Positions 9,125-18,888 are shown, counted from the stretch's first letter. The stretch is DNA of 64,000 bases from Verrucomicrobiota bacterium (GCA_039797095.1 JBDKIN010000202.1:2729-66728), one strand, 5' to 3'. Notes: generated by a model not told the origin, from the sequence alone. Program-made: numbers and translations.

Positions 9125-10156
9125 TTATTCGAGGTCGATGAAACGGGGTTCCGACCCCGAGAGCAAGGCGCCGAGTCGGCCCCAGTCGCCGTCCCGGAGA
9201 CTCCGGTCCATGACGAGCGTCGTGTCGGCGAGCGTGCCACCGGGAGCGCAACGCACGGACCACAGCGGGCGGCTGCTGGTCGGGAGCATCGCGAAGCGGA
9301 TGTCGCCGACGAGGATCGCGCCTTCGGCCTGGTCGTAGGTGTTCCAGCCGCCGGTGAAGCGGGAGAAATCGGCGATCAGGTGGGAGCCTTCGGAGAAGGG
9401 CGGGGGATTGCCGGGGGACGCCGGCGTCCAGGCCGCGCGGGTCTCGCCGACCGCGAGACGTGTCCGCGTGAACGGCACATTGCGCACCGCCGCGACGTGC
9501 CAGCGGCCTGCGTGCAGCCAGACCGCGCGCCAGACGATGAGGTTGGAGACCGTCGGCTTCACCGCCAGGCGTTCCGGCGTGATGGCCTGCGTCGCCAGCC
9601 AGGTCCGCAGGCTGCGTTCGGCGCGCGCCTGCTGGGTCAGGCCGAGCGCCGCGTAGGCGCCGAACCACAGCAGCGCGTAAGCCGCCAGCCGCGGCGAGTG
9701 CCGGCGCCAGGCGAGCACGGCGAACGTCAGCACGGGCAGGGTGACCGCGAGGTCGATGATGGGGAGGCAGTCCCAGGCGAAGCGCGCTTCCGTGAACGGC
9801 CACAGCAGCATCGTGCCGTAGCTCGTGCACCCGTCGCAGAGCAGGTGCGTGAGCGCGCCGGCGAGGCCGGGCAGGAACAGTTCGCGCCAGCCGACGTTGT
9901 GCCGCCGGCGGAAGAAGAGCGTCGTGAGCCAGGCGGCGGCCAGCGCCAGCACCGGCATGAACACGAAGCTGTGGGTGAAGTGTCGGTGCCAGCGGAAGGC
10001 GACGAGCGGGTCGTCGGCGGCCCGGATGAAGATATCGAGGTCAGGCGCCTCGGACGCGAGCAGGGCGGCCACCGCGGCGGCGGAGACCGAGCCGCCGCGC
10101 CGATGGACGGCGATCCCGGCGGCGATGCCGAGGGCGGCGTGCGTGAGGTTGTCCAT
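9125..10156 (-). CDS. Membrane-bound metal-dependent hydrolase (YdjM/YbcI, DUF457 family) with C-terminal extension
   Basis: MDNLTHAALG N-terminus, HRHFTHS and LTHLLCDGCTSYG His-rich motifs, several TM helices. Confidence 0.7.
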   Translation of the reverse strand: MDNLTHAALGIAAGIAVHRRGGSVSAAAVAALLASEAPDLDIFIRAADDPLVAFRWHRHFTHSFVFMPVLALAAAWLTTLFFRRRHNVGWRELFLPGLAGALTHLLCDGCTSYGTMLLWPFTEARFAWDCLPIIDLAVTLPVLTFAVLAWRRHSPRLAAYALLWFGAYAALGLTQQARAERSLRTWLATQAITPERLAVKPTVSNLIVWRAVWLHAGRWHVAAVRNVPFTRTRLAVGETRAAWTPASPGNPPPFSEGSHLIADFSRFTGGWNTYDQAEGAILVGDIRFAMLPTSSRPLWSVRCAPGGTLADTTLVMDRSLRDGDWGRLGALLSGSEPRFIDLE

Positions 10157-10269
10157 GCGTCGAACTTACGGGCCTCGGCTCCGGAAGGAAGGCGGACTTT
10201 CGATTTTCCGGCCCGAACCGCCAATTGGCTGGAACTTGCGGGCTTCCCCATCGTCTAATCCCGTACCCC

Positions 10270-11559
10270 ATGAGACTGCTCTTCTCCGCCTTGGCGCTGT
10301 GCGTCGCCGTCCTCGGCCAGGCCGCCGACAAGGATTACCCGCTCGTCGAAGCCCGGGAGGTCACGCCGCGCGGCGGGCTCCCGAATTTCTTCCGCAAGAC
10401 CCAGACGACCGGCGCGGAGATCAAGATCGGTTATCTCGGCGGCTCGATCACCGCCCAGAACGGCTGGCGCGTGCAGACCCTCGCCCATTTCAAGCAGGCG
10501 TGCCCGCAGGCCAGCTTCACCGAGATCAACGCCGCCATCGGCGGCACTGGTTCGGACCTTGGCGTGTTCCGCGTGCAGCAGGACGTCCTCTCGAAAGGGC
10601 CGGACCTCCTCTTCGTCGAGTTCGCCGTGAACGACGGCGGCGCCGATCCACAGCGCATCATCCGCGCGATGGAAGGCATCGTCCGCCAGACCTGGAAGGC
10701 CAACCCCAGCACCGACATCTGCTTCGTCTATACGATCACCGAAGCGCTTTCGCCGCCGATGCTCGAGGGCAAGCTGCAGCGTTCCGCGACCGCGATGGAG
10801 AAGGTCGCCGACCATTACGGCATCCCCTCGATCGCCCTCGGCATGGAGGTCGCCAAGCTCGCCAAGGCCGGCCAGCTCGCCTGGCGCGCGAAACTCCCGA
10901 AGACCGAAGCCGACAAGGCCGCCCTCGCCGGCAAGTTCGTCTTCGCGGCGGACGGCACGCATCCGCATGATTCGACCGGCCAGGTCCTCTATACGCAGGC
11001 CATCATCCGTTCGCTGCCGGCCCTCGCGATCGCCAACGCCACGCCGACTCCGCATGTGATCGGCCCCGCCCTCGATGCGGCGAACTGGGAGCGTGCGAAG
11101 CTTGTGCCGATCACCGAGGCCAAGCTCTCCGCCGGCCTCGCGTCGGCGGATCCGGCGACCGACGCCCACGCCAAGGTCTGGGCCAAGCGTCTGCCGGTCA
11201 TGGTCAAACTGACCCGGCCCGGACAGAGCATCGAGTTCCGTTTCCAGGGCACGCACTGCGCCGTCTACGACGTCGTCGGCCCGGCCGGCGGCATGGTCGC
11301 CGTCACTCTCGACGGCAAGGCGCAGAAGTCCGTCCAGCGGATCGACGCCTACTGCACGTACCCGCGCCTGAGCACCTTCGTCGTCGGGACCGACCTGCCC
11401 GAGGGCGAGCACACCGTGCGCCTCGAGCTCCTGGCCGACCCGATCGACAAGGCCGCCGTCCTGGCGAAGAACAAGAACAAGATCGATAAGCCCGAACGCT
11501 TCGCGCCGCTCGAATTCCACCCCGGCGGCCTGCTCCTCGTCGGCGAACTCGTCCCCTGA
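10270..11559 (+). CDS. SGNH/GDSL-family hydrolase, secreted
   Basis: Start at internal ATG 10270 gives signal peptide MRLLFSALALCVAVLGQAA. Motifs GGSITAQ, VEFAVNDG, DGTHPH. Confidence 0.75.
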   Translation: MRLLFSALALCVAVLGQAADKDYPLVEAREVTPRGGLPNFFRKTQTTGAEIKIGYLGGSITAQNGWRVQTLAHFKQACPQASFTEINAAIGGTGSDLGVFRVQQDVLSKGPDLLFVEFAVNDGGADPQRIIRAMEGIVRQTWKANPSTDICFVYTITEALSPPMLEGKLQRSATAMEKVADHYGIPSIALGMEVAKLAKAGQLAWRAKLPKTEADKAALAGKFVFAADGTHPHDSTGQVLYTQAIIRSLPALAIANATPTPHVIGPALDAANWERAKLVPITEAKLSAGLASADPATDAHAKVWAKRLPVMVKLTRPGQSIEFRFQGTHCAVYDVVGPAGGMVAVTLDGKAQKSVQRIDAYCTYPRLSTFVVGTDLPEGEHTVRLELLADPIDKAAVLAKNKNKIDKPERFAPLEFHPGGLLLVGELVP

Positions 11560-11639
11560 GGGCCCCCGACCCGTCGCCCAGCCTTGACCGCCCCCTGACC
11601 CCCTCTGAAACTCCGCACCTCACCCTCACCCACACTAAC

Positions 11640-12494
11640 ATGCGTTTCGGCCTCAATACGTTCCTCTACGCCTCTCCGTTCACCAACGAGAGCGTGCACC
11701 TCTTCAAGAAGCTCAAGAACTGGGGCTTCGATTCCGTCGAAATTCCGATCGAGGATCCTTCGCACGTCGACCCGAAGTTCCTCAAGGCCGCCGCCGCCAA
11801 GGCCGGCATCGCCATCGGCTCCATCTGCGCCGCCATGGGCCCGGGCCGTGACCTCCGCGGTTCCGCCAAGGACCAGGCCAACGGCCGCAAGTACATCATG
11901 GCCCTGATCGACCAGGCCGCCGAGATGGGCTGCCCGCGCCTCATCGGCCCGCTCTACTCCGTCGTCGGCCTCATCGGCGCCCATGACGACAAGACCAAGG
12001 CCAAGCATTTCAAGCTCGTCGTCAAGAACCTCAAGGTCCTCGGTAAGCACGCCCAGAAGAAGGGTGTCGAGCTCGACATCGAGCCGCTGAACCGCTTCGA
12101 GACCGACTTCCTCAACACCTGCGACCAAGGCCTGCGCCTCGTCAAGGCCATCAACCTTCCGAACGTGAAGCTCCACCTCGACACGTTCCACATGAACATC
12201 GAGGAGAAGAACCAGGCCGCCGCCATCCTCAAGGCCGGCAAGCACCTCGGTCACTTCCACGCCTGCGGCACCGACCGCGGCACCCCCGGCAACGACTCGC
12301 TCGACTGGAAGCCCATCGTCGCCGCCCTGAAGAAGATCGGTTACAAGCAGGAGGTCGTCATCGAATCCTTCACCACCGACGTCAAGGTCATCGCCCGCGC
12401 CGCCGCCATCTGGCGCGCCATGGAGCCCCGCCGCGACGACATCGCCGTGAAGGGCCTCAAGAACCTGCACCGCTTCTTCGGCCGCAAGAAGTAA
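11640..12494 (+). CDS. Sugar phosphate isomerase/epimerase (xylose isomerase-like TIM barrel)
   Basis: Typical family blocks: FDSVEIP, LDIEPLNRFETDFLNT, LHLDTFHMNIEE, HFHACGTDRG, VVIESF. Confidence 0.85.
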   Translation: MRFGLNTFLYASPFTNESVHLFKKLKNWGFDSVEIPIEDPSHVDPKFLKAAAAKAGIAIGSICAAMGPGRDLRGSAKDQANGRKYIMALIDQAAEMGCPRLIGPLYSVVGLIGAHDDKTKAKHFKLVVKNLKVLGKHAQKKGVELDIEPLNRFETDFLNTCDQGLRLVKAINLPNVKLHLDTFHMNIEEKNQAAAILKAGKHLGHFHACGTDRGTPGNDSLDWKPIVAALKKIGYKQEVVIESFTTDVKVIARAAAIWRAMEPRRDDIAVKGLKNLHRFFGRKK

Positions 12495-12513
12495 GCTCCC
12501 GCGCCCCCGCCTC

Positions 12514-13197
12514 ATGAAGCTGCTCACCCCCTTCTTCGCGCTCGCCGCGCTCTGCGCGTCGGTCTCCGCCGAGGACAAGAACCTCTTCAACGGCAAGGAC
12601 CTCACGGGCTGGAAAGGCCTGGATTTCTGGTCCGTCGAAGACGGCGTCATCACCGGCCGCACGACCAAGGAGAAGCCCACCAAGGGCAACACCTTCCTCG
12701 TGTGGGAAGGCGAAGTCGCCGATTTCGAGCTCACGTTCCAGTACAAGATCGTCGGCGGCAACTCCGGCGTCCAGTACCGCAGCAAGCTCGTCGACGCGAA
12801 GGGCTTCGTGATCTCCGGCTACCAGGGCGACTTCGAGGCGGGCAAGACCTACTCCGGCATCCTGTATGAGGAGAAGGGTCGCGGCATCCTCGCCAAGCGC
12901 GGCGAGAAGGTCGTCATCAAGGAAGGCGCCGACGCCAAGAAGCCGAAGATCGAAGTCACTGGTTCGCTCGGCAAGACCGAGGAGATCCAGGCCAAGATCA
13001 AGGCCGAGGCGTGGAACGAATACCGCGTCGTCGCGAAGGGCGGCCATCTGCAGCACTTCATCAACGGCGTCCAGACCGTCGACGTCACCGACGAGACCGC
13101 GGTCGGCGCCAAGCAGGGCCTGCTCGCCCTCCAGCTCCACGCCGGCCCGCCCATGGTCGTCCAGTTCAAGGACCTCGTCCTCAAGGAGATCAAATAA
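12514..13197 (+). CDS. DUF1080 (3-keto-disaccharide hydrolase-like) domain protein, secreted
   Basis: Signal peptide. Hallmarks LFNGKDLTGWKG...WSVEDGVITG, NSGVQYRS, ALQLHAGPPMVVQFKDL. Confidence 0.85.
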   Translation: MKLLTPFFALAALCASVSAEDKNLFNGKDLTGWKGLDFWSVEDGVITGRTTKEKPTKGNTFLVWEGEVADFELTFQYKIVGGNSGVQYRSKLVDAKGFVISGYQGDFEAGKTYSGILYEEKGRGILAKRGEKVVIKEGADAKKPKIEVTGSLGKTEEIQAKIKAEAWNEYRVVAKGGHLQHFINGVQTVDVTDETAVGAKQGLLALQLHAGPPMVVQFKDLVLKEIK

Positions 13198-13203
13198 CCC
13201 ATC

Positions 13204-14175
13204 ATGAAGAAATCTCTCCTCAGTTTCCTCCTGCTTTCGGCCGCGTTCGTCTCGGCCGCGGACAAGAAGAACGTCCTTCTCATCGCCGGACGTCCGAGCC
13301 ACCCGGCCGGCGAGCACGAGCACAACGCCGGCATACAGCTCCTGGCTTCCGGCCTGAAGCAGGGCGCCGCCGACCTCGTCGACGTCGACGTCTCCCTCAA
13401 CGGCGAATGGCCTTCTGACGAGCGCGTCGCCAAGGCCGACACGATCGTGATCTACTCCGATGGCGGCGGCGGCCACCCGGCCCTTCCGCACCTCGATCAG
13501 CTCGCCAAGAAGATGGCGGCCGGCACCGGTTTTGTCTGCCTGCACTACGCCGTCGAGCCCGCCTACGAGCGCGCCGGCTGGCTGAGCGCCGACGGCAAGC
13601 CTGTGAGTCCGCCGCCGGCCGGCCGTTCCTCCAAGGGCAAGGGCGCCCTCGAGTTCAAGGACTGGCTCGGCGGTTACTTCGAGCAGCACTGGTCCGTGAA
13701 CCCGCACTGGACCGCCGACTTCAAGGTGATCCCTGATCACCCGGCCAGCCGGGGCGTGAAGCCGTTCGGCTCCAATGACGAGTGGTATTTCAACATGCGC
13801 TTCCGTGACGGGATGGAAGGCGTCACCCCGCTCCTGTCCGCGGTCGCTCCGGCCGAGACCATGAGCCGCGGCGATGGACCGCACTCCGGTAACCCGGACG
13901 TGAAGAAGCTCGTCCTCGAGGAGAAGAAGCCGCAGGTCGTCGCCTGGGCCGTCGAGCGCAAGGACGGCGGTCGTGGCTTCGGCTTCACCGGCGGCCATTA
14001 CCACGCCGGCTGGGCTAACGACAGTCAGCGCACCCTCGTCCTCAACGCGATCGTCTGGACCGCGAAGGCGGAAGTCCCCGCTGCCGGCGTCGTCTCCAAG
14101 TTCACCGAGGAAGAACTCAAGGCGAACCAGGATAAGAAGGCCCCGCGCAAGCCCGCGGCCCCCAAGAAGAAGTAA
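13204..14175 (+). CDS. ThuA-domain protein (trehalose-utilisation-like), secreted, Lys-rich C-terminal tail
   Basis: Signal peptide. NVLLIAGRPSHPAGEHEH, DTIVIYSDGGG, FVCLHYA and FGFTGGHYH blocks resemble ThuA-like class I amidotransferase-fold proteins. Confidence 0.7.
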   Translation: MKKSLLSFLLLSAAFVSAADKKNVLLIAGRPSHPAGEHEHNAGIQLLASGLKQGAADLVDVDVSLNGEWPSDERVAKADTIVIYSDGGGGHPALPHLDQLAKKMAAGTGFVCLHYAVEPAYERAGWLSADGKPVSPPPAGRSSKGKGALEFKDWLGGYFEQHWSVNPHWTADFKVIPDHPASRGVKPFGSNDEWYFNMRFRDGMEGVTPLLSAVAPAETMSRGDGPHSGNPDVKKLVLEEKKPQVVAWAVERKDGGRGFGFTGGHYHAGWANDSQRTLVLNAIVWTAKAEVPAAGVVSKFTEEELKANQDKKAPRKPAAPKKK

Positions 14176-14199
14176 GCGGCCGCAAGGTCGTCCGCATCA

Positions 14200-14227
14200 G
14201 GCCGGAGGTTCGCCTCCGGCCTTTTTC
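14200..14227 (+). terminator. Rho-independent terminator after the ThuA-like gene
   Basis: GGCCGGAGG-TTCG-CCTCCGGCC followed by TTTTT. Confidence 0.8.
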
Positions 14228-14285
14228 GTACCCGGAAAAGACGTCGGTCATTTGACCCGGAAGGCAGGCCCGCAACCTTACGCTC

Positions 14286-14981
14286 ATGTCCAAGCACATC
14301 GCGATCATCGGCGGAACCTCCGGCATCGGCCGCGCGACCGTCGCGCAGCTCCAGTCCGACGGACATACGGTCCACGCCGCCTGCCGTTCGCCCGAGAAGC
14401 TCGCCGACCTCGGGATCGTCGCGCAACCGTTCGACGCCGCCGCTCCCGGCCCGCTCGCCTGGCCCGAGCGCCTCGACGGTTTCGTGTACTTCCCCGGCTC
14501 CATCTCGCTCAAGCCGTTCCATCGCCTCACGCCTGAAGACTTCCAGCGCGACCTCCAGGTGAACCTCTTCGGCGCCATCGCGGCGCTCCAGTCGGCGCTC
14601 CCCGCGCTCAAGGCCTCGGGCAATGCGTCCGTCGTGCTCTTCTCCACCGTCGCCGTCGCGCAGGGCATGCCGATGCACGCGAGCATCGCCGCCTCCAAAG
14701 GGGCGGTCGAAGCGCTGGCCCGGAGCCTTGCCGCCGAATGGGCGCCGACCATCCGCGTGAACGTCATCGCGCCGTCACTGACCGACACGCCGCTCGCCGG
14801 CGCGTTGCTCAACTCCGACCTCAAGAAGGAAGCCGCCGGGAAGCGTCACCCGCTCCAGCAGGTCGGCCGCTCCGAAGACATGGCCGCGCTCGTCGCGCAC
14901 CTGCTCTCCGGTCACAGCCGTTTCATGACCGGCCAGGTCCTGCACGTGGACGGCGGCCTGTCGTCGGTGCGCACGTTCTGA
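14286..14981 (+). CDS. SDR-family short-chain dehydrogenase/reductase
   Basis: Cofactor motif IIGGTSGIGRA. Catalytic region ASIAASKGAVEAL, IRVN.IAPS, HVDGG. Confidence 0.85.
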   Translation: MSKHIAIIGGTSGIGRATVAQLQSDGHTVHAACRSPEKLADLGIVAQPFDAAAPGPLAWPERLDGFVYFPGSISLKPFHRLTPEDFQRDLQVNLFGAIAALQSALPALKASGNASVVLFSTVAVAQGMPMHASIAASKGAVEALARSLAAEWAPTIRVNVIAPSLTDTPLAGALLNSDLKKEAAGKRHPLQQVGRSEDMAALVAHLLSGHSRFMTGQVLHVDGGLSSVRTF

Positions 14982-14989
14982 GCAGGCAC

Positions 14990-15021
14990 AAAAAACCCGG
15001 GCGCCTCGCGGGCCCGGGTTT
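14990..15021. terminator. Bidirectional terminator between convergent SDR and PDH E2 genes
   Basis: A-run, CCCGGGC...GCCCGGG stem, then T-run. Confidence 0.7.
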
Positions 15022-15041
15022 CGGAAGGGCTTTTCTTCCGC

Positions 15042-16325
15042 TCAGATCAGCATCAGCGCCGGTTCTTCGAGGAGCTGCTTGAGCGCCTGGAGGAACTGCG
15101 CGCCGTTGGCGCCGTCGACCACGCGGTGGTCGCCGGAGAGGCCGATCACCATGCGGTGGCCGATGACCAGGCGGTCCTGGGCGTCGACGACGGGCTTCTT
15201 GATGGTCGCGCCGACGGAGAGGATCGCGGCGTTGGGCACGTTGATGATGCCGAAGAAGCCGGTGACGCCGTACATGCCGAGGTTGGTGACCGTGAAGGTC
15301 GAGCCCGACATCTCGTTCGGCGTGAGCTTCTTCGAGCGGGCCTTTCCGATGAGGGACTTCGCCTCGACGGCGATGTCCTTCAGGGTCTTGGCGTGCGCGT
15401 CGCGGATGACCGGAGTGACCAGGCCGTCTTCGAGGGCGACGCCGAAGGAGAGGTGCACCGCGCCGTGGGTGCGGATGCTCGTGCCGGCCCAGGAGGCGTT
15501 GACCGCGGGGACGCGGCGGAGGGCTTCGGCGGAGGCCTTCAGGATGAAGTCGTTGACCGAGAGCTTGATCGCGTCGGCGCCGGCTTCGGCGAGGCGCTTG
15601 TTCAGCGATTCGCGCATCGCCATGAGCGGAGCGGCGTCGACTTCGACTTCGAGGTAGAAGTGCGGGACGGTGACCTTGGACTCCAGGAGTCGGCGGGCGA
15701 TCGTCTGGCGCATGCCGCCCACGGGGACGTCGGCGTCGGGCTGGATGCCCTTGCCGTCGGCAGGCGGAGCGACCGCGACGTTGAGCGGACCGGAAGGAGC
15801 GGCGACGGCCGGAGCCGAAGCGGCGGCGGCGACATCGCGTCCGACGACGCGGCCACCGGGGCCGGTGCCGGCAAGGGCGGCGACGTTGAGCGCGGCCTTC
15901 TCAGCCATGCGCTTCGCGTAAGGCGAGGCCTTGGCGCGGGAGGCGTCGGACTGCGGAGCGACGGAGCCGGAAGAAGAAGGAGCGGCCGGGATGCAGCTCA
16001 CGTCGGTCTTCTCAGGGATCGCCGGGACGGCGGTCGCGGGAGCGGCGGCCTTGGGGGCCGGAGCGGAAGGCTCAGGGGCGGCTTCGCCCTTCTTGCCGAT
16101 GGCGCAGATCGGCGCGCCGACGGGCAGCTGCGAGCCGGCGGGTGCGTAGATCTTGAGGATCGTACCCGGGACGGTGCACGAGAGCTCCATCGTGGCCTTG
16201 TCGGTCTCGACTTCGCCCAGGATGTCGCCGAAGGCCACGGTCTGGCCTTCCTTGATGTTCCATTTCACCAAAGTCCCCACCGACATCGTGTCGGAGAGCT
16301 TCGGCATATCGATAATTTCAGCCAT
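15042..16325 (-). CDS. pdhC: Pyruvate dehydrogenase complex E2 dihydrolipoamide acetyltransferase
   Basis: Single lipoyl domain (EVETDKATMEL), Ala/Pro linker, subunit-binding domain (SPYAKRMA). Catalytic domain ends with DHRVVDGA. Confidence 0.93.
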   Translation of the reverse strand: MAEIIDMPKLSDTMSVGTLVKWNIKEGQTVAFGDILGEVETDKATMELSCTVPGTILKIYAPAGSQLPVGAPICAIGKKGEAAPEPSAPAPKAAAPATAVPAIPEKTDVSCIPAAPSSSGSVAPQSDASRAKASPYAKRMAEKAALNVAALAGTGPGGRVVGRDVAAAASAPAVAAPSGPLNVAVAPPADGKGIQPDADVPVGGMRQTIARRLLESKVTVPHFYLEVEVDAAPLMAMRESLNKRLAEAGADAIKLSVNDFILKASAEALRRVPAVNASWAGTSIRTHGAVHLSFGVALEDGLVTPVIRDAHAKTLKDIAVEAKSLIGKARSKKLTPNEMSGSTFTVTNLGMYGVTGFFGIINVPNAAILSVGATIKKPVVDAQDRLVIGHRMVIGLSGDHRVVDGANGAQFLQALKQLLEEPALMLI

Positions 16326-16346
16326 CGGATTTGAGAGGGGAGGAGA

Positions 16347-17324
16347 TTAGGCGAGGACCTTGAGGGCTTCGCGGACGACGCGGTTCACGTCGGGGAGCTG
16401 CTGGTCTTCCATGCGCTTGCAGTAGATCTGCGGGGCGTCGATCGAGGACACGCGGTGGATCGGGGCGTCGAGCTCGTCGAACGCCTTCGACTGGATGAGG
16501 TAGGCCACCTGGGCGTCGACGCCGCAGAAGGGCTTGTTCTCTTCGACCAGCAGGGCGCGGTGCGTCTTGCGGACGGAGGCGAGGATGGTCTCCTCGTCGA
16601 GCGGCCGGATCGAGCGGAGGTCGACGACCTCGACGCTGACGCCGTGTTCCTTCTCGAGGATCTCGGCGGCCTTGAGGCTCGTGATGACGGCGCGGCCGTG
16701 GGCCACGATCGTGAGGTCGGTGCCTTCGCGTTTCACGTCGGCGACGCCGAGCGGCACGATGTAGTCTTCGTCCGGCACTTCGCCCTTGTCGTTGTAGAGG
16801 ATGGTGTTCTCCATCACGTAGACCGGGTCGTTGTCGCGGATGGCCGCCTTGAGGAGGCCCTTCGCGTCGTACGGGGTGGCCGGGCAGACGACCTTGATGC
16901 CCGGGTGGGAGGCGAGGATGGCCTCCGGCGTGTGGGAGTGGGTGGCGCCGACGTTGGTGCCGCCGTTGGCCGGACCGCGGATGACGATCGGGCAGTTGAT
17001 GAGGCCGCCGGACATGTAGCGGATATTGCCGGCGTTGTTCACGATCTGGTCGAAAGCGACGTACGAGAAGGACCAGAACATCAGTTCCATCACCGGGCGG
17101 ATGCCGAGCATCGAGGCGCCGATGCCGAGGCCGATGAAGCCCGCTTCGGAGATCGGGGTGTCGACGACGCGCTTCGGCCCGAACTCCTTCAGGAGGCCTT
17201 CGGTCACCTTGTAGGCGCCGTTGAACTGGGCGACTTCTTCGCCCATCAGGACGACCTTGTCGTCGCGCTTGAGTTCTTCGCGCATCGCGGCGCGGAGCGC
17301 TTCGCGGTAGGAAATGACAGCCAT
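16347..17324 (-). CDS. pdhB: Pyruvate dehydrogenase E1 component beta subunit
   Basis: Typical E1-beta sequence: YREALRAAMREE, VVDTPISEAGF, transketolase C-terminal domain. Confidence 0.93.
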   Translation of the reverse strand: MAVISYREALRAAMREELKRDDKVVLMGEEVAQFNGAYKVTEGLLKEFGPKRVVDTPISEAGFIGLGIGASMLGIRPVMELMFWSFSYVAFDQIVNNAGNIRYMSGGLINCPIVIRGPANGGTNVGATHSHTPEAILASHPGIKVVCPATPYDAKGLLKAAIRDNDPVYVMENTILYNDKGEVPDEDYIVPLGVADVKREGTDLTIVAHGRAVITSLKAAEILEKEHGVSVEVVDLRSIRPLDEETILASVRKTHRALLVEENKPFCGVDAQVAYLIQSKAFDELDAPIHRVSSIDAPQIYCKRMEDQQLPDVNRVVREALKVLA

Positions 17325-17345
17325 GACAGTAGGTGCGAAGAAGGA

Positions 17346-18452
17346 TTATTCGAAGATGATGGTGCCGCGGCTGGTCGTGTCCGGACCGCGGTTGTCCTCT
17401 TCCCAGTAGATGTGCTTGGTGATGTCGGCGACGGTGGGGTCCGGCGACTCGTCAGCGAAGACGGCGGCCTTGTCGGCCTCGGCCATCGCGGCGTCGTTGA
17501 TCTCCTGGGAAAGTTCGGGGGTGAGGACCTTCTCGCGCAGGAGTTCCTGTTCGAAGGCGAGGACCGGGTCCTTCTTCTCGCGGTATTCCTTGATCTCTTC
17601 CTTGTCGCGGTAGGTCTTGTCCGGGTCGGCCATGGAGTGGCCGAAGTAGCGGTAGGTGAAGATCTCGAGGACGGTCGGCTTGGACTCCTCGTGGGCGCGC
17701 TTGAGGGCGATGGCCGTCTTGGCGCGGACTTCGTAGACGTCGTGGCCGTTGATGACGTCCCAGGCCATGCCGTAGCCTTCGGCGCGCTTGGCGAGGCAGC
17801 CCGGGTGGGCGGTGGAGCGCTCCTGGGAGGTGCCCATGGAGTAGCCATTGTTCTCGATGACGAAGATCATCGGCAGGTCCCAGAGGGCCGCCAGGTTGTA
17901 GGCTTCGTGGACCGCGCCTTGGTTGACGGCGCCGTCGCCCATGTAGGCGAGGCAGCTGCCCTTCAGGCCCATGTACTTGACGGCGTAGGCGAGGCCCGTG
18001 CCGAGCGGGGCCTGGCCACCGACGATCCCGTGGCCGCCCCAATAGTTCTTATCAGGGGCGAAATAGTGCATCGAACCGCCTTTGCCCTGGGAGCAGCCGG
18101 TGACGCGGCCGGTCAGTTCGGCCATGCACTCGTTCATCCCCATGCCGACCATCAGGCCGTGGCCGTGGTCGCGGTAGCCCGTGATGATATGGTCGTGCTT
18201 GCCCAGCAGGGAGATCGTCCCGGCGGCGACGGCCTCTTGGCCGACGTAAAGGTGGAGGAAGCCCCCGATCTTGCCCTGCTGGTAGATACGGATGCAGCGC
18301 TGCTCGAAATGGCGGATACGGGCCATTTTCGTGTAAAGGGCGATTTTCTCGGCCTTGGACATCGAGGCGTTGACCGGATCCTTGGCGTATTCGGAAGGCC
18401 CGGCAGGGCGCTTCAGGGATTCGGGGTGGGTAAGGACAGCGGGCTTGGCCAC
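17346..18452 (-). CDS. pdhA: Pyruvate dehydrogenase E1 component alpha subunit
   Basis: TPP-binding block GDGAVNQGAVHEAYNLAALWDLPMIFVIENNGY. Adjacent to the E1-beta and E2 genes. Confidence 0.93.
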   Translation of the reverse strand: MAKPAVLTHPESLKRPAGPSEYAKDPVNASMSKAEKIALYTKMARIRHFEQRCIRIYQQGKIGGFLHLYVGQEAVAAGTISLLGKHDHIITGYRDHGHGLMVGMGMNECMAELTGRVTGCSQGKGGSMHYFAPDKNYWGGHGIVGGQAPLGTGLAYAVKYMGLKGSCLAYMGDGAVNQGAVHEAYNLAALWDLPMIFVIENNGYSMGTSQERSTAHPGCLAKRAEGYGMAWDVINGHDVYEVRAKTAIALKRAHEESKPTVLEIFTYRYFGHSMADPDKTYRDKEEIKEYREKKDPVLAFEQELLREKVLTPELSQEINDAAMAEADKAAVFADESPDPTVADITKHIYWEEDNRGPDTTSRGTIIFE

Positions 18453-18513
18453 GGTAGTTCGTTTGGTTGGATTGGAGGGGTCTGGCGAGGAAGGTCAAGC
18501 GTCCCCTCCCATC

Positions 18514-18533
18514 GGGTCAATTTGCCTTGACCC
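18514..18533. promoter_or_regulatory. Inverted repeat GGGTCAA-N6-TTGACCC in the pdhA/ptsH divergent intergenic region
   Basis: Perfect 7-bp arms read directly. A third TTGACC copy lies about 25 nt downstream. Confidence 0.35.
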
Positions 18534-18595
18534 GACTTGCGGGGGGCCTCCCCCTTGACCTATCCTGTGAGTCCTCTCCCAGGCCCTCTTTATCT

Positions 18596-18883
18596 ATGGA
18601 AGAAACCCACGAGGCTTCGGCCCGCGAATTCACCGTCCAGAACCGCATGGGTATCCACACCCGTCCGGCCGCTCAGATCGTCCGCCTGGCCAACCGGTAC
18701 CCGGACGTCGAGATCACCGTCTCCAAGGATGACGAGTCGGTGAACGGCAAGAGCATCATGGGCCTCATGATGCTGGCCGCCGGTCTGGGTTCGAAGCTAC
18801 GCTTCTCCGCCAAAGGCAAGGATTCCGCCGCTCTCCTGACCGAGATGGAAGCCCTCTTCGCCCGTAAATTCGACGAATCCTAA
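18596..18883 (+). CDS. ptsH: Phosphocarrier protein HPr
   Basis: Internal ATG 18596. Active-site His in GIHTRPA and regulatory Ser in NGKSIMGLM. 95 aa. Confidence 0.9.
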   Translation: MEETHEASAREFTVQNRMGIHTRPAAQIVRLANRYPDVEITVSKDDESVNGKSIMGLMMLAAGLGSKLRFSAKGKDSAALLTEMEALFARKFDES

Positions 18884-18888
18884 CCCCC

